DNA of 64,000 bases from Perkinsus chesapeaki ATCC PRA-425 (Eukaryota; Protista; Perkinsozoa), in assembly GCA_013115145.1 (NCBI GenBank), contig JAAPAO010000076.1:25324-89323 (forward strand), in the 5' to 3' direction. Below the pieces are notes generated by a model. It did no database searches and had not been told where the DNA came from. It worked only from the letters and a program-made list of their open reading frames with translations. This document shows, piece after piece, positions 12,401 to 23,819 of the stretch; position 1 is the first letter of the stretch; every line of letters starts with the position of its first letter. A program made the position numbers and the translations under genes.

Positions 12401-15400
12401 ATCTGAGCGCCTGTCATTCTATAAGATGCCTTAGTAGAAACCAGCCGCAGTTTGTAAGAGGATTTCATCGTCCTCGAAGCACTCACGTGGCAGTTGGTAT
12501 AGAGTCACCTCTTCTCAAAGCACTCTTATAGTAATCTATAGCCTTCTCGTAATCATGTGTCTGATGACAGCAATTAACGAACAATCGACAACAAGGCAAG
12601 CTGATTCGGCTTAGCTGAACCTTGCCTGTATCCAAGCCTGTCCGATTTTCCTGACGAGGCTGCGGTCGCTAACCTTCCCAGATTTGTCAAGCTTGGCAGC
12701 ATCCTCGAAAGCTTCTATCGCTTTCACTGGCTCCTGTAAGAAGTCCCCGTATGTAGCTTATGTTATATTCTACGCAGAGCTCTACCTGTATGGATATGTA
12801 GGTATCTCCCAGTAATGTAAAGTTAATGACACTCGGCTGGTGAATGCAGACGTCTTTGTAGCATTGAGCGTAGCTGACCAACAGGCTCACAAATGTTCAA
12901 CGATTGTTCTCTTCCGTTACGCTTGTTTTTCTTTCCGGTGGTCTTTGTAAATGTCTGCCATAGCTAGTCGAGCTTTCACGAAGTTCTGGCTTGTTGGAGG
13001 TACGCGTCGAAGGACCGCAAGTGCCTCGCCGACATTCCCAAGTTTGATTGCTACGTCTGCGCCTACACGAGGTATATCATGATTCGGGCTGGAGAAGAGC
13101 GATCTACCCGCAATGAGTACAGCGATCTCTTCAACTGTATCCGAGAACTCTGCTATGGCTTCCTCCTCAACCTGCTTAGCCTCGGCAATCCTAAGACAGG
13201 CCCAGCTGCCTCGGTGACCCAGCGTCGCGCTGAGTGACGTGATCGATAAATGACGTATTCTTACGAAACACGCGATCAAGCATTACGGGGAAAGTTGCAC
13301 ACGGAGCAGCTTGATAACTGTTGTATTTGGACTTTTTGAGTAAGTAGTAGAATTACTCGACAAGCTGTTACTTCTCTCAAACACGTTTGGTGTAGCCTTA
13401 CAAATCTTTTGCTGCCAATGCCTTAATTAAACCACAGAATATTAGAGACCGGTCTCGTAGGGTAATGTTAGGAATGTTTGCTGATGTTTTACCCATAACT
13501 TTGCTACTCGGAACCCGCTTGCCGGTTTTACAGCGCACCTGAAGGCGCACTTACCAGCTGTGTGCGAATCTCGCGTACGAAGAGGAGGTCGGAACTAATG
13601 TCATATAGTATGCTGATCGCAGATGGGGACATCTTGTTCGAGCAAAATAGTAACGGTTGGAGATAATACCGCCACCGGTCGTTCGGTGAACGTGTATGTT
13701 CAAAACTTATCTAGTTCGACTCTCTGGTCTCGACTCCTAGGGGTCAGTCTAATGGGCCCGATCGGGTGGTACAATGGCAAGGCAAAAAATTGTGGACAGT
13801 GTAAGGATCCTCACTGCACTTACACCTTCGACTTCGAGGGCATCTCTCAGTATTTTAACGGCTTCGTCGAGCTCATTCCCAGCAATGAGAGTCTCTGCCT
13901 TCACGGCTGCATAAAGAGGATGAAAACGAATAGAGAAATCTTGAGAAAGGCCTTGCTCGAGATACCTAGCAGCTTAGGGCTGATGAAGGGCGGATTCCCC
14001 AATTAGACCCACCTCGCTGCGGTCTGTTGTTGTCCTAATCCACTGTATAGACGCGCGAGGCGGATGTAGGCCTCCACGCACCCTGGGTCCGACTTCACCG
14101 ATTGCACTAGTAACCTTGAGAGAAGTCCTCTTGGTCCGTCCACCTTGAGAGCAACTCTACCTCAACGCTTTGTCGGTGCTGCCCATATCGATGTTGGCTT
14201 GTGCAATAGATATTTTTATATTAGTCAACCCTGGCATGAATTTGCTTATAGTTTCCAGGACCTGAGCCATTCGGGTTGTGGACGCGTATGATGACCCAGC
14301 GCACTTTGATTCCACGAGATAGATCGCTGCTGCTGCTTCCCGCGGTTGCTTCTTCTTTACGGGAGTGATTGAGGCAGATGTACCTGCACTGTATTTCGCG
14401 TTCGCCGCTTCGACTGCCACTAGAACTACTCATGTGACACTTGCGCCATGAAATAGGGGTTAAGATGGCTATAGAAAGCATCTTCTGAGGAGTGCTTGAA
14501 ACGAGTTATGTGCAACGTAAGGCTTTCATTCAAAGCCGACACCGCCTAGAAGAAGAGGAATGTGTCTCCCAAGAAGCATAATTTCGATCACTTGCTCATG
14601 GCGCCCTTCATGGCTTGCAATAACGGCTTTGAGGAACGCGGTATCAGCTAGTTTTTGGCCTACCACAAAACAAAGCCTACTGCGGTGAATGTTTGTTAAG
14701 ACGCTTACCTGCCGATGAGATGTTGGTGAGGAGATCAAGCTGATCTGAGGCCTCCGAAAAGTTATCGGAAGCAATGCAGCACCTAATAGATATACTTAGA
14801 GAGCCATAACGGGGTAATAGTTACCAAATGGTGCCGTACAGAGCGTCAATCTCCGAACCTTCTACTGAAGCCGTCATAGCCTTATTGAAGTACTCTGTCG
14901 CCTGACATGGAACTTGCTAACGTTATTTTTATCTTAGAGTTAAGCAATTCCGTGGGCGCCTGCACATATCTGGAACGTCTGGTATTCCCCAGCTGAGCGT
15001 TTGCTAAACTTCTTCTTTCGATAGAGCAATAATCGGTCTCTCACTTCAGTCTCTCTCCCCATCATGAGCAGCTCATAGCCAAGCTCAGTGAGGCACCTGC
15101 TTGGGCTGCAATCACCATTACCAAACCTAAGTCCATCCTGCAGCTCTTAGTGTAAGGCTGGGTACCCATGAGACACCAGCTCTTGAGAGCATTTGAGGGC
15201 AGACAGGGCCCCTTGAATGCAAGCATCGACAACCTTTCTCCCTTTCGTTGGGCTCGAGGCGTAGTCGGCAGCTGAGTAGAGAGCTCTCGAAGTGACGTTG
15301 TGCCTTGTGAGAGCTTTTCGACTTTAAGACTCACCCTTTCCAACTGGTGTGGCACAGAGCCGGGCCATCAGAGCAGCAAAGGACAGAAGTATCTGTTGTG

Positions 15401-16915
15401 GAATGAAAGCCAAAGATATTGACCTCCCCTCACGGCGGGATTCCGCGGCTCTTTGCTCGATATCAATTCCTGGATCTTTTGCACATCCTGCGCCAGCTTA
15501 GTGGATGGACCTTCGGTCGCAGCTGACAGCACCGCCTGGAAGATGTTGCTTCAGGTGGAATCGTCTGCCATTCCAACTTTAAGTTTTCCGAGTTCTATAT
15601 CAGCACTAGCTGTCATCTGACTCGCCTCAACTCGTTCGATTGCATCACGAGCCTGTTCGCAGAAGATAACAAGTCTAAGACAGGGGCAGGTGATATCACT
15701 TGATCGAACTCAGCGGCCAACATGCACGCCCACGCCTGGCTCAAGGCGCACGGAATATACCTGATGAAGGCGTTATATGACTCAGTAGGCGTATGCCTCA
15801 CCATTCCCCGTTCGTGGCGAGGCACTCGGCGAAGATGTCCATAGCTGCTGGAATCTGCCGTTTAGAGATGAGGACCTAAAAAGGCCATGCAAGGCACTTG
15901 CACGGTTGCTGAGCGAACAACCTCCGCCTTCCCCATCAGAGCATCGACTGCTGTAGAGGATTTCCTGAGCGACGCTTCGAACCACTTCATGGCCACTTCG
16001 AGGACGGCCGCACTGAAGTTCTTAATCTAATCAAAAGCGACAACAGGTTGCGTATCAGAAGGGTCGCGGTTACTCGGCCTTGGTCCATGCGACGCCACCC
16101 TAGTTCAATGATGCACCATCCTTTGAGAGCCATTCCCGTAGGATTCAGCGAAGACGTTTCCGGGTCGTTAGGATTGCTTAGAGGGACTGGAGGGAGAGGC
16201 AATAGGAAGTAGGGCAGTCGCGGAGAGCTCACTGGGATCGTCCCATTTCTGATAGGCGGGATTAGCATCTAAATACCTAAAAGAGAATAGAGCCTTAAAA
16301 GAAGCAGCAGTTTACTGAGTTGCTCGCTCAAGGTCCCCGACTAGCCAGAAAAAAAGGGCTGCCAAATTCTGGCTCGAGGTCGCATATCTGAACCTCAAGA
16401 TTCCAGGGCACGGGCAGCAAGCTGAACTACCCCGTAGAGTTGTTGTCACTCTGGCATCGTGAAAGCTTTTGTTGAAGTTCAGAGATTGCTTCCTTATCTT
16501 TACCAGTGAACTAGGAAACATCGTAGTAACAGTTGTGAAACAGGTTTCGAGAACCTTCTTGTTCATCCATAAAGCTGCAGCATATATAGCTATTTCACAT
16601 GGGGTAGCGATGCGAGAGCTCGACCCTATAATTGACTTAAGGTGTTCGAGGGCGCTTCTAGCAGACTTCACCGTCCGACCGCCGGAACAGTATCTGAGTC
16701 ATCCACGGCTCACGAAATGAGTATATCATTTCGGTGTTATCTGCGACCCTGGCGACGTACATGTCGGCGGCAGTGAGGAGATCTCGAAGGCTCCTGTCAT
16801 TGGCATCGGACAGAGTTAGCCTCTCGAGCAGCTGAGTCACGAGGGTCAGGTGGCCTTTGCGGCAATAGTAGAATGCGAGCGAGCATACTTGGTCAGGAGT
16901 TAGTCGACTTGACAT
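9401..16915 (-). CDS. TTC21B: Tetratricopeptide repeat protein 21B / intraflagellar transport protein IFT139 (multi-exon)
   Basis: N-terminus [11 protein letters not shown]; internal [76 protein letters not shown]; C-terminus [25 protein letters not shown]|[25 protein letters not shown] (last exon 9401-9478). Collinear with the known TTC21B sequence. Confidence 0.95.
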
Positions 16916-17214
16916 TCACAATAGCAAAGCTTTTGCTCGGTGGAATGAGTATTTGCTAACCTAGTAATGCGAGGTTGCAAATAGAATAGGTCTTTGAGAA
17001 GTTCCCAAGCGCTCGCAGGCTTCTAAGAAATTCAGCAAATGGTGCTCCTGGCTGCATGCGATTATAAAACTTATTCCCAGCAACGCAAGTGCGATGTATC
17101 CAAAGAGCTAAACGGCTATGTGTTACAGTAAAGGGTTCAACTAAATATCTGGATAAGTAGTCGTGTAAATGACTTGTGATAGACGGGCCAACCTGTCTCG
17201 ACCACCGATGATGC

Positions 17215-17403
17215 TCAACGTTGTTTCTTCTGGCACCAACACCTTACATACAGTATCGTTTCCTCACAACGGCAATCTCCGAGAGGGCAGCCATCACAGG
17301 CTTTGGTAGGACTAACAAGCTTCCTTCCGCCTATGGTTCCATCAGGAGTAGCTGATCCAACCAGGGCAACAATGAGGCATAAGTAGATGACGGTATATTT
17401 CAT
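17215..17403 (-). CDS. Small secreted cysteine-rich peptide (62 aa, intronless)
   Basis: ATG-initiated. Signal peptide MKYTVIYLCLIVALVGSA, then GGRK, then six Cys in C-x2-C-x4-C-x-C-x8-C-x-C. Confidence 0.7.
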   Translation of the reverse strand: MKYTVIYLCLIVALVGSATPDGTIGGRKLVSPTKACDGCPLGDCRCEETILYVRCWCQKKQR

Positions 17404-17699
17404 TATAAACGCTGTGATATTAAATGGTCGCTGTAGAAGAAGCAGGGGTAACTGCTCTTTGTAAAGCTTCTGGTGCCTTTACTGAGGGCCCATTAGTGAC
17501 GCCGCTGCAGATTCTCACAGCTGAAAAATAGGCGTCGCGATGCACCCTTCAGCTCAGCTTTTCGCTAATGGGGTTTCACTGAGCCATTCACGGCAGCTCG
17601 TGTGCCCTCATCGAGTCGTTCACGAGAGGCTCAGCCAGCTAAGCCAGATACAGTATGCGAATACGAAATAACACCGAATTAGGAGACTCATGCCTGTAC

Positions 17700-19788
17700 G
17701 TCGTGAGCTGTACGTAATCAATAGTTCACACGCAAGTGGCCACTACTGAGCGACGCAGATTTGAACCGGAAAGAGAGATGAAGATTTGGCGATGTTGCAG
17801 AGGTGTGGTCGGTGACCGACTGACGAGTCCTCGGCGACGACAATCACACCCAGCGTTTATTGATATAAACCTTCACCTTTTTAACATGAAGCTGGCACTA
17901 TTCACCTCGACTGCCAAATCCGCGCGTACGAATCGGAAACGACTTGCCCGATGTCCACCGGGGTGACTACACCTTTTCAACGTCTATTTTGACAATAGTA
18001 AGTTCTATTTCAACGAAGTTTACGTTCGCTGGCTCCCATATGATATCGAAGTTACTTAACGAGAATCTTAACGTAAAGTTAGTTCGCCCGTCGAAATAGA
18101 AGTTACTGTTGTCGAAATAGGCGTTGAAAAGGTGTACGGAGGAGCGATCGCAACCAGAGGGGCATCATCACCCCTGCCGCGATGAGGGCAATAGAAACCG
18201 CCGCGCGCGATAGACTGGTCGCACCGTATACGAACACACGTAGCAAGGACCTGTTCGGCAATAGAACTACCAAAGTCATCAAAAGACATTCAAGCTCGGC
18301 AATTATGGCCAAGATCATTCGAGAAGGATAGTCGATTTCGGCGTGAAGACATGGATATTATATGATAGAGAAGTCTCGCGAACAGAAGAATGTTCGATAC
18401 AATGCCTGAACGATTCTTCGGCGCGACCCGCGACAAACCGGTGACATTTTCCGGGACTCGCGGGTTTCGCAAAGCTGGTAAAACGAACCCCACGCTTGAG
18501 AATTAATAGTGGCTATAGAAGGGATATCAGTATTCAGTGATGTCCAACCTCGAGTTTTCGAGTGGGCTGTGGATTTCCGTGTAGTGTAGTCTCGCTTCCT
18601 CAACTCAAGAGAGTTCATCACAGAAACGAGGATCGGTAAATTGACGTACTCAACACCAAATTCTCGATTGCAAGCGATTCACAATTGATCAACGTAAAGT
18701 CGTACATCGAATTGTACAAAAGAGAGTAGCGGATACTGGACATCATGTATGGTGGCTGATAGACGTGCCAATACACCGTAACAGTTCGAGCTCTCTCACA
18801 GTGGCGCAGTTGCCCTGGCTTCCAGACAGCAGACTAGCGATATCATCGAAGCTGAAGAAATGACTCTGAGCAATCTTAGAAGCCATCACCAGCTCGCTTC
18901 GATTAACTTCCTTGACACCTGCATGCTCAGCCAAGCGTAGGAGATCTCTGGTATGATTGAGAAGGACTATTGCAAGCTTAATAGGATACTCTGGATCGTG
19001 CAGAGGAATCATGCCAGTTCTTGTAAGCTTATCGATGCACCGCAGCACAGGCGGGACGAACTTGCTATCTCGGAGCCCCACTTCAAGCAGCGCGGCGAAG
19101 GCATCTGGCCGCTCTGGGTAATAGGCGACCGAGTGAATGATTATATGGTTTATTTTTTCGAAAACGGCTTCGCATGGCGGATCAAGGCCGTGAGTTATAA
19201 CATGCCGCAGTGACCTGTTTACTAGCGGCGACAGCATATACGCAATGAATTCCTCCAGATCTTTCTTAAGGATGTCACCACAGGACCAAAACTCACGTGA
19301 CCGCGTTATACGCTCGACAGGATCCAAAAACGCTAAGTAAACGGCTGGATCAGTTTTGGGGTCACAGGCGTCGAATATGAACGTCGATGCTTTTGTTAGA
19401 AGCTTCAGCAGCTGTCGTGGTTTATCTATCCGGCTCCCGGACAATAAGGCTGAGTTAAGAGCACGTAGAGTTGCAATGGCGGCTGTTAGGGATGTTGGCA
19501 GCGACCCGACCTCAGAGTCGGGCTTGCTCAGTGGGTCAGACGTACTGAGGGTGTCGACAGGTGGTGGGAGGAGGAGCTTCACCACCTACCAAAGAGAGAG
19601 CATCACAAGGACAAAGGCGAAGCTGGTTGAGGCTCGATACAGCCGAGTGCTTCACCACCGATGGCTACACTTGAGTCAGAGTTGGCTTCTTTCAAAGCAT
19701 CTTGCATGGCGAATCCCCAGGCACTTCCCCCGCTCTTCACGATAGCATCAGCCAGCAGTTTGCAACTCCGTGTTGAGCTCTGGCTCAT
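17700..19788 (-). CDS. Hypothetical alpha-helical (HEAT/ARM-like) protein, multi-exon
   Basis: 280-aa Leu-rich exon 18743-19585 plus flanking in-phase exons. Probable ATG at 19788 just after a TTTTAG acceptor. 3' end approximate. Confidence 0.5.
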
Positions 19789-19907
19789 CCTAAAACAATC
19801 ACACATGGACGCTTCTGAAGCAAACGAGTCATCGTGCCATAACACACGGAAGAATCTCAAGCACCGAAAGAGCCTATGACCCCAAAAACAATTTAACTAA
19901 TTTGTCT

Positions 19908-19989
19908 GACAGCGTGTCCGAGTGGTTAAGGAGGTGGACTAGAAATCCACTGGGCTCTGCCCGCGCAGGTTCGAATCCTGCCGCTGTCG
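19908..19989 (+). tRNA. tRNA-Ser(AGA): tRNA-Ser (anticodon AGA)
   Basis: 82-nt cloverleaf: acceptor GACAGCG/CGCTGTC, D arm with AGTGGTTAAG, anticodon stem GTGGA-CTAGAAA-TCCAC, long variable arm GGGC-TCT-GCCC, T arm GCAGGTTCGAATCCTGC, discriminator G. Confidence 0.97.
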
Positions 19990-20013
19990 ATTATGCCTAC
20001 TCGAATTACCTCT

Positions 20014-22845
20014 TCAGCAAAGCCGTGCAAAACTCCTTACATGCTCTCCTCGAACAGGATCCGCCATCAACCTACTCTCACAAGCAATCACTCGGATACC
20101 CGAGGCAGCACGTTGGCCGACCTGCTCTGCGACTAGAAGAATCAGATCATTCACGCCTCGATCGCAAAGCTGCCTGTTAAACAACGCCGTCACCAATTGC
20201 ACCGTCCTCAAGCGACCAGCTTTCTCGGTAATCTACATACCAACCAGCAGGTTGGCCCAAGGGACGAAGGGGCTACCCTGCGATCTATCTCAGTGACCAC
20301 TCCTTTACTTTTGCTGAGGATCCAGAACAACAAGCGACTCGCCGTTGATCCACTAATGTCGATGTGGTCGATCAACTTGGTAACTAGGCCATCCCAACTT
20401 CGCTGAAGTTGTTGGTTCTCCGGAGCGGCTTCTTGCTGAGCGAACGCATCTCAAAAGACGGAGCCATGTTCCCTTTACACTAAGAATAATAATCCATTCG
20501 ACAAGTAGATCAGATATGGGCTCGCACTCTGAAGGTCGACGTTCTACCAACCCAGTCCACAGCTGCAAGACCGCCAATCGCTCCGTCACGTCGACGCTGT
20601 CGAACATGAGATTCAGTAGTGTCTTCCTGGCCTGATAAAGCCTGCTTCACCGCCTCACGGATGACCATAAGTTACTGCTCCCTCCAGGACTTGGGTTTCG
20701 AACTGTCGCTTAAGTTCCTTCTTTTGTCCCGGTTTAGGTGACGGCCACGCGTTCTCGTGACACTGCAGACTTTGCCCGTCTCGCATAGAGCGCAGACTCT
20801 GCAGCTCTCGGGCAGGTCGAAGCTCGATCTTTAACACTTGCTCTTCTACAGTAGTTCTTGGTTCGCCCGGCGACTTGCTCGAGACAGCCTTGGGATCCAC
20901 ACTGATGTATTCGGCCAGGACATTGTCCTTGTCATCAGAGTCGACTCTAACCGCGGTCCCGGTGGATGGCTTCTTCCGTTCGGGTTTACTCTGGTTCCGG
21001 CGAGGGCGACTTCGTAAAGCTGGGCTATTGCGAGTCTTTTCAACCGACGCAGCTCGAATGAGCACTGGTTTCAGTGCTTGTCTCTCAGAAGCAGCTAGTA
21101 GTTCCAATTGGGAATCGATGGCAGCTTCCTTGGCAACTGGCAAGAGGTGCCTGAGTAGCTTCTCGCTAGTGGACCGCAGGCCGGGGTGACGGTCGGTCAG
21201 GCAGCCACTCTTTAGCAACGAGGGGAGCACGTCAGGAGGTAGTGACTGAGGCACGGTGAAGGCGCCATTGAAGAATGCGTTGTGGCGGATGTGCCACCTT
21301 TTGGTCATCCAGTCTTTTCACAAGCAGTTCGAGTAGTTTTGCCTTCAAACTGCTGCTGCTGCACGCTGGAGGGCGTTCAGAAAGAATGGGCTGACAGACA
21401 ACCTGAAATAGACTGCAGTATTGAAGCACTCTCTAACTTGCCACCTTCCACCATTCATCCACTTCATTTTCCGACCAGACCTCCTGGCAGCTAGTTGCAG
21501 CCACACTAATCTGTGGGCTAGCGTCCCCCATCCGGCGTGCCGTAGGAGGTCCAAAGGTTCTCAGTAGAGCCCTGAAAAGATACTCCGACCGCAGCCGCTA
21601 AATTGGCTACTTGCAATGGGGGTCTCCTTTCGCGCTTAGCATCACGGCACTGAGTGCCAGAGCGAGGCATGCTCTATGAGACTCATTCTGTATCATCGCG
21701 ATCAGACTGTTGCCTATATCATCCACCACACTCTTCCCATCAACTTGTCCTCCAGCAAGTGCCGACTTTAGGTTTGATAAACCTTCCATCCGAAGCCTCC
21801 ACTGCTTACTCAGCAGCTGCTCGGCCGTTATATAGGTAGGAGTGCCTACTAGCTGAGGCACAGAATGCTCCAAGAGGGTTCTGCTACCTAGGGCATCTCC
21901 GATGGTCCTCCTAACAACGACAGCAGCAGCAGCAGTCGGGCGCTGCACATTCGATTTAGAAATAGGCGCAGCTTTTCGCCGGTTACTAGTGGCGTCACTT
22001 TTAAGGCAAGAGCTTTCATGCACCGCTACGGGCAATTCCAGCCAGACGCCATCACCAGGGAGCGGGTCCAGACCGCCATCGACCTTCATGATCGGAGGAA
22101 TGACTGGAGTCCAGCTGCCATGGTAACCCAGGTATTGAGCGGTGGAATCCCCGCCATACCCGCACAGGCAAGCAGCGATCCTCTCGCCTGCTCTATGCAG
22201 CTGTCTAACACCTTCGCACGCAAGTAGGTCATCACGGCACCACACGAGAATAGGATTCAATACTGCTTCTGGTCGCCGTATGGCACATGGGCTGAAGTTG
22301 ACCAAGAGAGAGATAAATGCATCCGCGCCGCGCTCAATGAACAATCGACCTGTCGGCGAGGTCGGATTATCTAGTTCAACCATACCAAGTGCAAGGACCA
22401 CTAACGGGCCATCCAGTCCCTTCTTCATTGCCACTGTATGAAGGATAGCAGTGACCATCGACCCACACTTTACATCAGCGACGTATGCTTTAATAACTCT
22501 TGGAAGAATAAGCTCGACGGCAGTTACTTCGAGCCAGGCCTCTCCCTCAAAGAGTCTTAGCAATACGCCCAGGAGGCACTGCTTCACCTGTAGGACGGCA
22601 TCGACTAGGAAACCCTCTTCATTGCAGAGTGCAGCCAGAAGAGCATGATTGTAGTCGGCGTCGGTCAGACTTAGAGTCTCCTCTAAACGTTCGTATGCGC
22701 GCCTTCGTTCCTTTACGGACTTCTTTACCGAACCAATAACGATTTCTTCCGGGACAGTTATATCACGGACATTGGGCGGTGAGAGGGCCGCCAGATGCCC
22801 CCGGAGAGCGGAGCGAAGCGAATCGGCTATGGGAGACGGGGGCAT
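20014..22845 (-). CDS. TOG-domain microtubule-associated protein, XMAP215/CKAP5-like (compact)
   Basis: TOG-start motifs SVKERRRAYERLEE and EQLLSKQWRLRMEGLSNL; HEAT segment TDRHPGLRSTSEKLL; late-TOG-like NAWPSPKPGQKKELKRQF...MFDSVD...SDLLVEWIII. Confidence 0.7.
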
Positions 22846-22916
22846 TAATGTTGATTAGAATGATGGTCTGAAGTACTATAGTTATAATAATAAGTTATAG
22901 TAACTATTCTTTACCA

Positions 22917-23560
22917 ATGCTGCCCCGCTTCAACGCTCCCGGGAGGAGCTCAAGCAAGCTGGTACGAAGGATGGCTTATGAGGGATCGAAAACGGTGAGC
23001 AGTGACGTAAGGAGGAGGAGGCCTTTACGCTTCGTTGAGGAGATGATGGCACGTCTGGAACAGTCCGTAGTAATATGCATTTACAACGCAACCCTTTATT
23101 AATTAGCAACTTTGTCTAGTTAAACCTACTAGCAACTTCATGCTAGTAGATCGCTACATGATACGGATTACCGAGAATGACTCGATCAGCGGAATTCGAT
23201 GACAATGATGATATCTCCCATCATCCACACAAATAGGTAGAAACCTTCAAGTGCTTTTGCATGCCTGAGCGGTTATGCCACATAAGGCATCTAAGAGAGG
23301 TCGTGCAGGGTAAAAGACACAATAATCGACATGGCCGCTGGAGAGGCAACATCGAGGGACTTCGACAAACCTGTTGTCGTGTCTTGCATTAATGAGTGTA
23401 AACGGTCCTGCGCTAATCTCAGGACCTTGTGACGTTTTCTCTAATTTACTCTAATGGATGCTCTGGTGACTCCCCTGATCGATGCGGCTCATGCCCTTCC
23501 CTTGGAAGGACGAGACCACGATGTCAACTTTTCTAGGAACTGCAAGTAGCATCTGTGCCC
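22917..23560 (+). CDS. Possible small multi-exon hypothetical gene divergent from the TOG gene
   Basis: ATG 72 bp from the TOG start; short open segments between GT/AG sites; no recognisable motif. Confidence 0.25.
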
Positions 23561-23819
23561 TCAAGAGAACTGAACGCAATAATGTAAATAATACAACGAA
23601 CAGAACAGAACGTAATCCTTCATACTCTCCCTGAGGAATAACTCCTTCATCTCAATAAAGGGTAAGAGTAGCCAAAATTGTGTGCCCCTCCGGTGTATAA
23701 TAATTCGTAGGCGGCTCTTCAGGCCCACGACGGCTTGTATCATGCTCTTCCGCTGCAATATACAGTATTATTAATTGAATAACCAACAAACGCTTTCCAT
23801 TAAGAAACAGTAGCAAACT

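Noticed and set aside
13623-14006. 127-aa plus-strand ORF and many similar 60-130-aa ORFs in the track
   Set aside because: Antisense or off-frame shadows of exons of TTC21B and other identified genes.
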